Assembly (NCBI GenBank): GCA_965206845.1
Contig: OZ242221.1
Span: forward strand, 864,001 to 928,000
Source: Cenarchaeum sp.
GTDB taxonomy: Archaea > Thermoproteota > Nitrososphaeria > Nitrososphaerales > Nitrosopumilaceae
Direction of reading: 5' to 3'
Length of the DNA stretch: 64,000 nucleotides
The position numbers and the translations under genes were made by a program. This document shows positions 1 to 9,334 of the stretch, in pieces (within the stretch, counting starts at the first letter, position 1; every line of letters begins with the position of its first letter). The notes beneath the pieces were generated by a model. It was not told where the DNA came from. It saw only the letters and a list, made by a program, of their open reading frames with translations, and ran no database searches.

Positions 1-74
1 AAATCGACAGAGCCAATTCCAGTTCACATATGCCCGTAGGACACAGCCCAAAGATGGGTTGTGCGGGCCGCCAT

Positions 75-968
75 CTAGGACCGGATCATCTTCTGGTACG
101 CTTTGATGCGTTTGGCGATGTCTGTTCTCTTTAGCTTGAGCAGTCCCTCCGGTCCGTAACCCTCCACCGCAAAGGAGCCCAGCATGTTTCCATAGGTTAT
201 GCCGCGCTTGATGGCAGAGAGGCCGGTAGAGTTCCTGCTTGCCATGTACCCTATCATGGCGCCCGCAAACGAGTCGCCTGCTCCCGTGGGATCCACCACG
301 TCCTCCAGGACAAACCCGGCCGAGGAGAATACCGCGTCTTCAAAGAACATCAGGGATCCGTGCTCTGCCTTTTTGATTATGACATAGCCCGCGCCCCACT
401 CCATCATTTTTTTGGCGCATCTGACGAGGTTGTGCTCCCCGGTAAGAAGCCGGGACTCCTCGTCGTTGATTATGACCGCGTCTGTCTCTCCGATCATCCT
501 GATGACGGCGTCCCGCTTTTTGGAGATCCAGAAGTCTATGGTGTCGCACATCGAGAACTTGACGTTGTCAAACTCGCGCATGACCGCGAGGTTCTGCTCC
601 GGGTCGTTGTTTGACAGGTACACGAAGCGGGATTTTTTGTACTCGTCTGGAACCCTGGGCTCGAATCTCTCCAGCACGTTCAGTTCGGTCCTCAGAGACT
701 CGCGGGAGGTCATGGTTCTGTCGTACCTGCACTCATAGCGAAACGTCCTGCCCTCGATTGTGTGCAGTCCCTGCAGATCCAGGCGCCCGGCAAGCATGTC
801 ACGGTATTCCTCTGGAAAGTCCGTGCCGACCGCGCCCAGCAGCCCGGTCTTTACAAAGAGGCCGGCCGAGATTCCGGCATAGGTAGCCGCCCCGCCGAGG
901 GCCCCGGCGCATACCCCGTTTGGCGTCCTGATGGTATCTAGCACCACAGAACCAAACACCGTCAGCAT
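75..968 (-). CDS. PfkB-family carbohydrate/nucleoside kinase
   Basis: GGAATY N-terminal motif and DPTGAGDSF PfkB signature; probable start MLTVFGS at 968 (frame open to 1094). Confidence 0.9.
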   Translation of the reverse strand: MLTVFGSVVLDTIRTPNGVCAGALGGAATYAGISAGLFVKTGLLGAVGTDFPEEYRDMLAGRLDLQGLHTIEGRTFRYECRYDRTMTSRESLRTELNVLERFEPRVPDEYKKSRFVYLSNNDPEQNLAVMREFDNVKFSMCDTIDFWISKKRDAVIRMIGETDAVIINDEESRLLTGEHNLVRCAKKMMEWGAGYVIIKKAEHGSLMFFEDAVFSSAGFVLEDVVDPTGAGDSFAGAMIGYMASRNSTGLSAIKRGITYGNMLGSFAVEGYGPEGLLKLKRTDIAKRIKAYQKMIRS

Positions 969-1106
969 GAATACGCGCTTCCTGATCTGTTCTATTAATT
1001 CTATTGCAGCCCCAGATGGGATGTCGGCATGGAGAGGCGCATGCCCGAACTCGCGCAGAGCCTGCAGTATCGCCGATTCAGGCGCGGACGACATGCAGCC
1101 TGGGAG

Positions 1107-1289
1107 CTAGTCCGGATAGCGGCATGTGTCGCATCTGGCAAAGACGACTCCCTCGAGATGATCAAAGTGGGTTTTGCATCTTCTGCAGGTGTGGTGTATG
1201 TCAAAATAGCCGTCGGCCTCTGTTTTGCCCACCTGCTTGGATGTGATGTCGGTACTCTTGCACCTGATGCAGTGACAGCCACAGTCCAC
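1107..1289 (-). CDS. small Cys-rich (zinc-finger-like) protein
   Basis: 60 aa with CxCxCxxC, HxCxxC and CxxC; divergent AT-rich promoter upstream. Confidence 0.7.
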   Translation of the reverse strand: MDCGCHCIRCKSTDITSKQVGKTEADGYFDIHHTCRRCKTHFDHLEGVVFARCDTCRYPD

Positions 1290-1337
1290 CCCTCAAATCC
1301 AAAATAGCCTATTATAGCCGTAGTGCCAACAATAGGT

Positions 1338-1493
1338 ATGGCAGAGGAGCGCGTGGTTCCCGAGGAGATCGACGACCACTTCAGGCTGTATGGAAAGGAG
1401 CCATGGGAGGTCAGCTACGATGAAAGGTGCCCCGTATGCGATGTGAGAATCGACGAATATGGCTTCTGCTCCTGCGGTTCTAGCGGAGAGTGA
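1338..1493 (+). CDS. small 51-aa zinc-ribbon protein (not in ORF track)
   Basis: Translated by hand: MAEERVVPEEIDDHFRLYGKEPWEVSYDERCPVCDVRIDEYGFCSCGSSGE*; CPxC...CxC motif. Confidence 0.75.
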   Translation: MAEERVVPEEIDDHFRLYGKEPWEVSYDERCPVCDVRIDEYGFCSCGSSGE

Positions 1494-2349
1494 GCCGGCC
1501 CCCACGCATGGCTGCTACCATGGCCACGCCGACCACCAGTGGAATCAGAAGGGAGAATTCGGGCACCACGGTGGCTCCGATTATGTCTACGGTGCCAGAA
1601 CTTGCCGGACGGAAGGTTATCCTGCCGACTTCGTCGTTGCTGTAGGAGTCGTCGCTGCGTATCCGCTCGCCGTCAAGAAATACGCCATAGGGCGGCCCCA
1701 GCAGCCCCGTGGGAATCACCGCGGTGACGAACCGGTCTGCCTCCGCGCCAAAGCTGATTCTCATTGAGGGTTGATCAAAGACAAACGGGGAGATCTCCGA
1801 TGTGGTTATAAACTCAACCTCAAACTCCTGATCCTCCCACACGGCATCGTGTAGTATGCGTGGCTCGTCATGCACATACTGCAGGGCCATGTTGCACCCA
1901 TGGCAGGCTATCTCCTTGCCGTTCAGCAGAACCGGTATGCCGTTTGCATATACGAGGTCGATTCCTTCTGGCAGGCGGATGTTCACGTCACCCACGTACC
2001 TGACATGCCACACCAGGTATCCGTCCTCCTCTGTTACTGCTCCGGGCAGGGTATACTGCACGATTATGTTTTGGATCGGGCCGGCCAGCGACAGCGTCCC
2101 GTTCCCTGCCGTGTACTCTGCCGCATCCCCGTTCTTGTAGGATACCCGCAGATCTGTTGCTGTACGGTCAAGGAGCTGCAGGGTAACCGTACCTGCGGGG
2201 TTTGCCCTGATCTCATGGACGACATCCACGTCGCCCTCCTCGGATATGGCTGTCTTTATACTCAGATGCTCTGCCACAAGCGCCTCCTGGGAAAAGGCGG
2301 CAGGTATCGAGGCCAGTCCTGCCAGTAGCACAATGAGAACAAGCCGCAA
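1480..2349 (-). CDS. PEFG-CTERM sorting-domain surface protein
   Basis: Signal peptide; C-terminal VVPEF + TM helix + basic tail. Confidence 0.85.
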   Translation of the reverse strand: MRLVLIVLLAGLASIPAAFSQEALVAEHLSIKTAISEEGDVDVVHEIRANPAGTVTLQLLDRTATDLRVSYKNGDAAEYTAGNGTLSLAGPIQNIIVQYTLPGAVTEEDGYLVWHVRYVGDVNIRLPEGIDLVYANGIPVLLNGKEIACHGCNMALQYVHDEPRILHDAVWEDQEFEVEFITTSEISPFVFDQPSMRISFGAEADRFVTAVIPTGLLGPPYGVFLDGERIRSDDSYSNDEVGRITFRPASSGTVDIIGATVVPEFSLLIPLVVGVAMVAAMRGGRLTLR

Positions 2350-2355
2350 GCGCCG

Positions 2356-2835
2356 CTACCCCGAGACCGAAATTTTGAGTATCCGGGCTTCCTGGCGTGG
2401 GCAGTCCCTGCTGTCCCTGGGAAGATTTACAATTTTGTCTGCGACCTCGATCCCCGTGCTGACCTGGCCAAATGCAGTATACTGGTGATCAAGAAATGCG
2501 CTGTCGGTGATGACTATGAAGAACTGCGAGCCCGCGCTGTCGGGATCGACTGCCCGCGCCATGGAGACTGTGCCTCTCAGGTGTGATTTTGGGTTAAACT
2601 CGGCCTTGATGGAGTAGCCAGGTCCTCCCGTTCCCCACGTGCCTTTGTCGGGTGTCTTGGTGTTGGGATCCCCGCCCTGGATCATAAATCCGGGTATTAC
2701 CCTGTGGAATAGGGTTCCGTCGTAAAAGCCCGATTTGGCCAGACTCTCAAAGTTTCTTACCGTCTCGGGAGCTATATCCGGAAGTAGATCAAGTACCACG
2801 ACACCGTGATTGGTCTCGATGACTGCGGTACCCAT
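2356..2835 (-). CDS. cyclophilin-type peptidyl-prolyl isomerase
   Basis: FYDGTLFHRVIPGFMIQGGDP and SAGSQFFI motifs. Confidence 0.95.
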   Translation of the reverse strand: MGTAVIETNHGVVVLDLLPDIAPETVRNFESLAKSGFYDGTLFHRVIPGFMIQGGDPNTKTPDKGTWGTGGPGYSIKAEFNPKSHLRGTVSMARAVDPDSAGSQFFIVITDSAFLDHQYTAFGQVSTGIEVADKIVNLPRDSRDCPRQEARILKISVSG

Positions 2836-2963
2836 TCTGTGTTCTCAGCCACAATTATCATAAGAGTCTTTTGGAGATCCTGGCTACATACCCAGGTCCC
2901 GCTCAATGCTAGGCATGGTTTTGCATAGTGTCGCGTATTTTTGTGCCAAGACAGACTGCCGAC

Positions 2964-3212
2964 TTGAGTACATACATCCTGGCGCAGCCGTTTGGGTCCC
3001 TCCCTGATCCGCGTCTGCTGGCACGCCCGAAGGAGGACGGCCAAGCGTAAGCCGGGTGGGAGCCCGAACGTGCGCCGGTCTCGCCTCAGCTGTCTGCGGG
3101 GAACGGGGCCTGACGGTGCCGGCACGCAACAGATGCCGGGGGTCTTGGGGGCTCCGCAGGCAGGACTCGTTTTTAGTCCGAACTTGCGTGTCCTCTGAGC
3201 GCATCAGAGGAC
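2964..3212 (-). other. structured non-coding element, possible orphan tnpB omega-RNA / IS200-IS605 remnant
   Basis: Perfect 9-bp hairpin at 3190-3212, long imperfect helix at 2979-3080, four motifs collinear with the tnpB 3' tail, and minus-strand end TCAA. Confidence 0.35.
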
Positions 3213-3243
3213 GGCTTGCCCATTACTGTGAAGGGCGGAGCTG

Positions 3244-4395
3244 CTACTTGAAGCGAATCTTCGACGTCCATCGCCAGCCGCCACCCCTTGTGGTTTTTTT
3301 GTCAAAGTTGTCAAGCATCCCATAAGTTATCGAGAAGCCGTGGCCCACCATTGTTGCGTCCTTGGCAAACTTGGTCTTGTCCGGCACAAACTCGTCTGCC
3401 AGATCCCAGATCTTTTTTGTCTTCAGCTCCCGCAGCCTGAAGGTCTTTCCGTCCTCAAGCACCACTTTTGCGTCGTCACTCAGCCCCTGCACCGAGTACC
3501 TCTCAAAGAACCTCATAGTCCCGCCCCGCTTCAGGTTGATCTGCACATCGTAGGTTATCTTGCTGCCGTAGATCAGAATCTCCCGCGCGGTGACCCTGAC
3601 GTCATCCTCCATGGTAAGGATGATCACCGTGTCACCTTCCAAGGTTACGGTGTCTGCCGCGTTCTCGACGACTATCTTGCCCTGGGAGGCATGGAGGCTG
3701 GTTCTCTTCTCTCTGACCAAGGAGGCGCCCACCCTGCCGTCCGGATCTTGGATCCTGATCTTCCTGCCGAAGACGTTTCCGACCACGATGTCGCCCTCCT
3801 CGGCGGTAATCTTTGCGCCGTTCTCTATCTTGTACTTGTTCTCCAACGGGTTGAGGAACTTGAAGTCGCCCTGTGTCAGTATGATGTTTGTAAAGTAATC
3901 CTCCCCAAACGTGGGGCTGGTGATGTTTCCCTGCATCAGGACGGGACCGTCGTAGAGCAGGCTTCCCGCCATGAGATTGCCCTTGATCAGGAGCGTTCCG
4001 GTGGCCTTTCTCTCAAACTCCATCTCCCCCATGGTCTTGGATCCAAACAGCCGGGTTCCCGTTGCGTTGGATCGCGCAAGGGCGCCCAGCCACTCCTCGG
4101 CCTCCCTCACCTCCCGGAAGATCTCCTCGGCCAGAATCTGGTTCCTTCTCCTGGTCTCTTCCTCCTCGGTGCCCGAGTAGACACGGGACTTTAGCTGCTT
4201 CTCCTGGTCGGTATCTGGATACTTTTTTCCGATCTTTAGATCCTCATATGCTTGCTTCACCTTCTTGAACTTCTCCGGATTACCGCCACGGTCTGTGTGG
4301 TGCTCCAGCGCAAGCTTTCTGAACGCCTCCTGGATTATTCTCTTCGAGGAACCGTCAGGCACGCCCAGAATGTCATAGTTGTTCTCAATCATCAC
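3244..4395 (-). CDS. J-domain (DnaJ-like) protein with large beta-rich C-terminal region
   Basis: NNYDILGV...AFRKLALEHHTD...EKFKKVKQAYEDL J-domain. Confidence 0.85.
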   Translation of the reverse strand: MMIENNYDILGVPDGSSKRIIQEAFRKLALEHHTDRGGNPEKFKKVKQAYEDLKIGKKYPDTDQEKQLKSRVYSGTEEEETRRRNQILAEEIFREVREAEEWLGALARSNATGTRLFGSKTMGEMEFERKATGTLLIKGNLMAGSLLYDGPVLMQGNITSPTFGEDYFTNIILTQGDFKFLNPLENKYKIENGAKITAEEGDIVVGNVFGRKIRIQDPDGRVGASLVREKRTSLHASQGKIVVENAADTVTLEGDTVIILTMEDDVRVTAREILIYGSKITYDVQINLKRGGTMRFFERYSVQGLSDDAKVVLEDGKTFRLRELKTKKIWDLADEFVPDKTKFAKDATMVGHGFSITYGMLDNFDKKTTRGGGWRWTSKIRFK

Positions 4396-4534
4396 GTATC
4401 ATAGAATGTGCCAAGTATTTGGGATTTGTTTTATGCTGGTTTTGGGGCGCCGCCGCCGCGTGTATCCGGGGACACGGCGCGCAGTCCCACATATACGTGA
4501 TGACGACGCACCCTATGCAGGAGTCGTCTCGGGA

Positions 4535-5152
4535 ATGATTGAGGACAGAACGGATGCGGGAAGAAGGCTGGCCGAGAAGATACGGGAGATGGATCTGCAG
4601 GATCCGATAGTGCTGGCCATACCGCGGGGCGGCGTCGTGGTCGGGGACGAGATCGCCCGGATCCTTGGCTGCAGCATGGATGTCGTGATGTCAAAGAAGA
4701 TAACGCCGCCATATGCCCCGGAGTACGCAATCGGCGCCATAACCGGTGATGGGACGATATACCGGGCCCCTGGCTGGGATCGCTACAGGAACCATCCGCG
4801 GATGCCGGAGGAGATAGAGCGAACGAGAGACGAGGTCGCCCGGAGGGTCAGGTTTTACCGCGGAGGTTTGGACTACCGGCTGGAGAACAAGGATGTCATC
4901 CTATGTGATGACGGAATCGCCACCGGCTCCACCGTCATGGCCATCCTGCGCTGGCTTCCGGCTAGCCGTCCACGCCGGGTTATTCTGGCCATTCCGGTAA
5001 TGCCAAGGGATGTCTTCCGGAGTATGCGGGAATTTAAGATCGTGTCCCTGGAGACGCCTTCGGAGTTTTTCTCCGTGGGACAGTTCTACAGAAGGTTTGA
5101 GCAGGCCGACGACGAGCAGGTCGTCAGCATCCTGCGCTCCTACAGGAGCTAG
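4535..5152 (+). CDS. phosphoribosyltransferase (type I PRTase family)
   Basis: DRTDAGRRLA, LAIPRGG and VILCDDGIATGST PRPP-binding loop. Confidence 0.9.
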   Translation: MIEDRTDAGRRLAEKIREMDLQDPIVLAIPRGGVVVGDEIARILGCSMDVVMSKKITPPYAPEYAIGAITGDGTIYRAPGWDRYRNHPRMPEEIERTRDEVARRVRFYRGGLDYRLENKDVILCDDGIATGSTVMAILRWLPASRPRRVILAIPVMPRDVFRSMREFKIVSLETPSEFFSVGQFYRRFEQADDEQVVSILRSYRS

Positions 5153-5315
5153 CAGGCGCGCGACAGAGCGTGTAGCCGTGCCCCCGGACATGGGCTCCCA
5201 GATGAAAGCGTGGTAGCGTCTGCCAACGCAGTATGCGCAGCAGGTCGGCCCCTGACCGCGCATGATCCTAGAGACCCCCGGATGCGGGATCCGGCACCTG
5301 GTCTTAAACAGGAAG

Positions 5316-5407
5316 CGGGCTTGGAGGGCTTCGATCCCTCGACCTGTAACTTAGGAGGCTACCGCGCTATCCATATTGCGCACGATCTCGTTCTGCGCCA
5401 CAAGCCC
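5316..5407 (-). tRNA. tRNA-Arg(CCT) with a 17-nt D-loop intron (5376-5392)
   Basis: Acceptor GGGCTTG/CAAGCCC; anticodon arm GTAGC-CTCCTAA-GTTAC; T arm GAGGG-ATCGAAG-CCCTC; removing 17 nt gives a 75-nt cloverleaf. Confidence 0.9.
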
Positions 5408-5543
5408 AGCAGAAAACCCAGTCCTAATTATTTAAGCCTAAGGTTCTGCCGAATGGTATGGTTGCCGTCCAACCGGGTCGCCACTCAAATTCCAAGGTTT
5501 GGCTCGTGATTGGCAGTCAGGCACGAGCATGTACCGGTTCCGC

Positions 5544-6206
5544 TTATTGCGGGTCAGGTCTCTGCTCCCAGCGCTCATAGTACACCACGTCCTCCAGGTT
5601 CAGCCTGGGCAGCCATCCCGTCTCCTCAAGGTCGGGCCTCTTGGAGAACTTTTTCACATAACCCAGGCAGAGGTATGCAACCGGTACCACGTGGCTTGGC
5701 AGCCCCAGTGCCTCCCTCAGCGTGTCGTTTGAGAGTATGCTCACCCATCCGACGCCCACGCCCTCGGCTCTTGCGGCCAGCCACAGGTTCTGTACCGCAC
5801 AGCAGACGCTGTATACGCCGGTCTCCGGTATGCTGTTTCTACCTATCACAAACGGCCCAAACTTTGTGGGATCATACGTCACGCACACATTGACGGCCGA
5901 GTCCATGATTCCCTCCAGCTTGAGCGACAGGTACTTGGACCTTCTGGGCTCCTCGGCGCGCCCCGCGGCCAGGATCCTCTCCTCGTCAAACGATGCCTTT
6001 ACCATGCTTCTTGTGGCTGCGCTCCTTATCAGGATAAAGTTCCAGGGCTGCGAGAATCCCACAGACGGCGCGTGGTGTGCCGCATTGAGTATCTTGGTCA
6101 GAACCTCGTCTGGAATGGCGGTCTTGACAAACCCCGAGCGTACGTCCCTTCTGGAGAATATGGTCTTGTACAGCCCGTCCTTCTCCTCGTCGCTAAACTC
6201 ATTCAT
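5544..6206 (-). CDS. bluB: 5,6-dimethylbenzimidazole synthase
   Basis: RRDVR, AAHHAPSVGFSQPWNF and QNLWLAARAEGVGVGWVS motifs. Confidence 0.92.
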   Translation of the reverse strand: MNEFSDEEKDGLYKTIFSRRDVRSGFVKTAIPDEVLTKILNAAHHAPSVGFSQPWNFILIRSAATRSMVKASFDEERILAAGRAEEPRRSKYLSLKLEGIMDSAVNVCVTYDPTKFGPFVIGRNSIPETGVYSVCCAVQNLWLAARAEGVGVGWVSILSNDTLREALGLPSHVVPVAYLCLGYVKKFSKRPDLEETGWLPRLNLEDVVYYERWEQRPDPQ

Positions 6207-6273
6207 GCTATCCACAATCTTGTTTTTATTCCATTAAGGTTAATAATGGTTACAGGGCCTTCCATAGTTTATT

Positions 6274-6347
6274 GGGCCGGTAGTCTAGCTGGTTAGGATA
6301 CCGCCTCGACACGGCGGTGATCGTGAGTTCGAATCTCTCTCGGCCCA
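6274..6347 (+). tRNA. tRNA-Val(GAC)
   Basis: GGGCCGG/TCGGCCC acceptor; CCGCC-TCGACAC-GGCGG anticodon arm; TTCGAAT T-loop. Confidence 0.9.
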
Positions 6348-6768
6348 CCTTCATCTTTTTCGGGCGTTGCGGCTGCACTTTGTGGCGTGTCGGTGCTGCC
6401 GCCAGGCGGGTTCCGCACGGCCGACCCGGACGGCCTTGCCCCGCACGCGGGGCCTCCCGGCCTGATTTTGGGGACATATGTATGGGCTGCCCACCAGCAG
6501 CATGGGGTCGGGTGGGGAGATCCACTGGGGCAAGCGCCCTGATCTGGCCGGGTGTGTCATGAAAGGGAATTATATACTTCGGTAGACATAACCACGCGCT
6601 GCCCTCGGATAGGGTTTTTGTTCGGGTCTCTCCACACAGTATCCACTCCCATCTGGGCGCCTGCAACCTGTCACTCCCTGACGGCCGTGACGGCACGGAC
6701 GGTCTGCATGGTATTGCCGGGGTTGGTGCGTAATTCTCCGAACCGCCTAGACCAGTCCGATACGTTCA

Positions 6769-7797
6769 ATGATCCGCGATCTCCCGCACGCGGCAATGAG
6801 CGAACACAACAGACGGGAAAGATACTGGCAGTACTATGAACTGGCAAAGGAAGTCGAGGCACCTAGTCTGAAGAGGACGCTGATCGAGATAATCCGGGAG
6901 AACCCTTGCCCGCGCCGAGAAAACGGCAACAGGGGCCGTCCCCCGGTTCACTCCAAGGAGAAACTGGACTTTGCCTGTCTGCTGATGATGGCAGGAAACA
7001 ACACCTATCGCGGAGTCGAATCGGACCTGCGAGGCATGCGGACACCATGGGACAACGAGCCCGTCCCGGACCATACCACACTGGTCAGGCACCTCCAGAC
7101 GATACCGGTGGACTGGCTCGATCTGATCGTGGCCGAGACGGCCCGCCGTTGCATCAAAGAGGCGAACGAGGCGACGGGCCCGCTGGAAGCCGACAGCAGC
7201 GCGGCGGAGACCACTAGGTACGAATACGTCGAGAGGCCAAGCAGGAAGGAGCGCGACTTCGTCGAGACACGCCAAAAGACCTACTGGAAATACCACATAA
7301 CGGCCATCTTGGGCCTGCAGATCGTGCTGGCGGCGTTTACCACGCCCGGCAACATCAACGACACGACCATGCTTCCAGTCATGCTGGCTGAGATCAGGCA
7401 TCGCGGGTTTGACTTTGCGGGGAATTTCTTTGACGGGGACAAGGGGTACGACTCTGACTACAACTGCGAGCTGCTGTTCTGGATGGGCATGATCCCCAAC
7501 ATCAAGCAACGGAAGGATGCCGTCAACCGTGGCAAGTCGCACAGGAGGAAGGCAGCTGGCATGTTCAGCGATAGCGAGTACAGAAAGAGGATCCTGATAG
7601 AGGGCATCTTCGGGGCCGAGGAGACCCGGCGGCACCAGCTGCACTGCCGGTTCGTTCGGGAGGACAACCGGCGCCGGTTCGCCAAGGGAAGGGCGATCGC
7701 TTGGAACATCCGGGTCCTCAACCGGTTCGAGTGCGCCAACCGGCTAAACATACCGATACCCTCCTACGGCGGCATGGCGCACGTGGAGTGCGCCTGA
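6769..7797 (+). mobile_element. DDE transposase (IS5/IS4-like)
   Basis: PDHTTL, ADSS, GDKGYD and RILIEGIFG catalytic motifs; element ends not clearly located. Confidence 0.85.
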
Positions 7798-7891
7798 TGA
7801 TCCGACCTGTCAGTAGATGATCACGGCGTGCGGGCAACAAAGCCCGACACACACCAAAGCACCGCCGGTGAAGATGCGGTAGGAGACACAC

Positions 7892-8710
7892 ATGAGCAGG
7901 ACGGAGCAGAATTACGCACCAACCCCGAGGGCAAAGGACGACGACATATCCAAGATGTATTCCGAGCTCTCAAGGAAGCGAGGGGGACGCGGGAACAGGC
8001 GCATCAGGCATGATGCCAAGGAAGGCGCTAACGGCGGGAGCAAAAGCGCGGACGGCGGGAACGGCAGCGGCAGCAGCAACAACACCAACGGCAACAACAG
8101 GGACAAGCCGAGGAAGCCAAAGTCAAGGGGCTACAAAGAGCTGCAGAGGAAGATCCGGAAGAAGCGCGAGAAGCTTGCCAACCGCCAGACGAACTGGGAG
8201 CGACACGCGTCTAAGAGGATAGCCGATGGCGCCGGCACCGTGGCCATGGAGGACCTCAACCTAAACAACATGACCGCCAAGGCCAAAGGCAAGGGAAGCT
8301 CGGCCAAGACCGGGCTCAACCGCGAGATGGCCTACTCCAAGCCGGGGACTTTCCAGCGGCAGATCAGGGGGGCGTGTGATAACGCTGGCGTGACGGTCAT
8401 AATGGTCGACCCCAAGGGAACGAGCACGACCTGCCACATGTGCGGCCACGCTGACGGGAACTCCCGGATATCGCAGGGGGAGTTCCAATGCACGAATGAC
8501 AAGTGTGACAATGACATCAACGCGGACATCAATGCCGCGCATAACATTGCCGCCAAGGCGGCAGGGCGGCCGGGAAGGTCGTCCAAAGGCGCGAGACACC
8601 AGCGCGGGATTGCTCCCGCGCGCTCTGTGAACCAGACGCGAGAACCAAGCGTGGGAGGGATTGCAAGAGCGCCAGAAAAAGGCAAGGGTACTGCGTACTC
8701 TTGTATATAA
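7892..8710 (+). pseudogene. tnpB: 5'-truncated TnpB (IS200/IS605-IS1341 type)
   Basis: MEDLNLNNM (RuvC-II), VDPKGTSTTCHMCG...FQC..C zinc ribbon and NADINAAHNI (RuvC-III); no RuvC-I or N-terminal lobe, with an in-frame stop just upstream. Confidence 0.8.
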
Positions 8711-8715
8711 TTCCC

Positions 8716-9213
8716 TCATGAAAGGCTGGTGGTAAACTCCTTCTCTATCAGGCTCCAGGAAGTCTCCACCGTGATTACCCCCTCGGCTGTGTAACGGACG
8801 CTGCTGCCGCTGGTTATCATGCCGTAGGTCTCCGTATTGGCAGGATCCAGGTTCAGTACGAACTTGCTCTTTAGCGGAATCTCAACACCAGAATAAAACG
8901 CAGCCCTTCCCGGCATGGCAATATCCTCGGTAGAATACTGCCCGGTGCCCATAAGGGTGCCGTCCGCATACAGGTCATAGGTTATCAGGGGAACGGTAAA
9001 CGTCTTTTCGCTGGGATTCCCTATGAGAAAGATCACCTCCAGCTCCGCCCTGTCATCAATGTTGTTTACCGCGATCACATCCACGCTCTCCAGATTGATG
9101 GTCACCTTTTCCAGCTCGGGGTTCTCAAGGCTGGCAAAGAACACAAACCAGCCCATCAGTGCCAGCAGGCCAGCGATGGCCGCATAGACTACCAGCTTGC
9201 TTTGAAGTATCAT
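8716..9213 (-). CDS. membrane-anchored LEA_2/WHy-like protein
   Basis: N-terminal TM, then IGNPSEKTFTVPLITYDLYADG beta-sandwich pattern. Confidence 0.65.
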   Translation of the reverse strand: MILQSKLVVYAAIAGLLALMGWFVFFASLENPELEKVTINLESVDVIAVNNIDDRAELEVIFLIGNPSEKTFTVPLITYDLYADGTLMGTGQYSTEDIAMPGRAAFYSGVEIPLKSKFVLNLDPANTETYGMITSGSSVRYTAEGVITVETSWSLIEKEFTTSLS

Positions 9214-9334
9214 TCCCAACCTAGTGCTTGCCGAACCGCTAAAAAACCTTGCCAAGCAGCACGATCCTGCTGCGCGATACGCACATCCGGCACGCAATCC
9301 AAATACATAATATTCATCCGGGGTACCTGCAATC

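Noticed and set aside
969-1094. 42-aa N-terminal extension of the PfkB kinase
   Set aside because: The family fold starts at MLTVFGS; the extension has no recognisable domain, though it cannot be fully excluded
2964-3240. SRP RNA or RNase P RNA
   Set aside because: Could not find the helix-8 CAGG/GGAA/AGCA motif or the RNase P GAGGAA..TCC and ACAGAA core on either strand
6611-7845. Candidate TIRs for the IS5-like element (GGTTTTTGTT versus GGGCTTTGTT)
   Set aside because: Match too short and no target duplication identified
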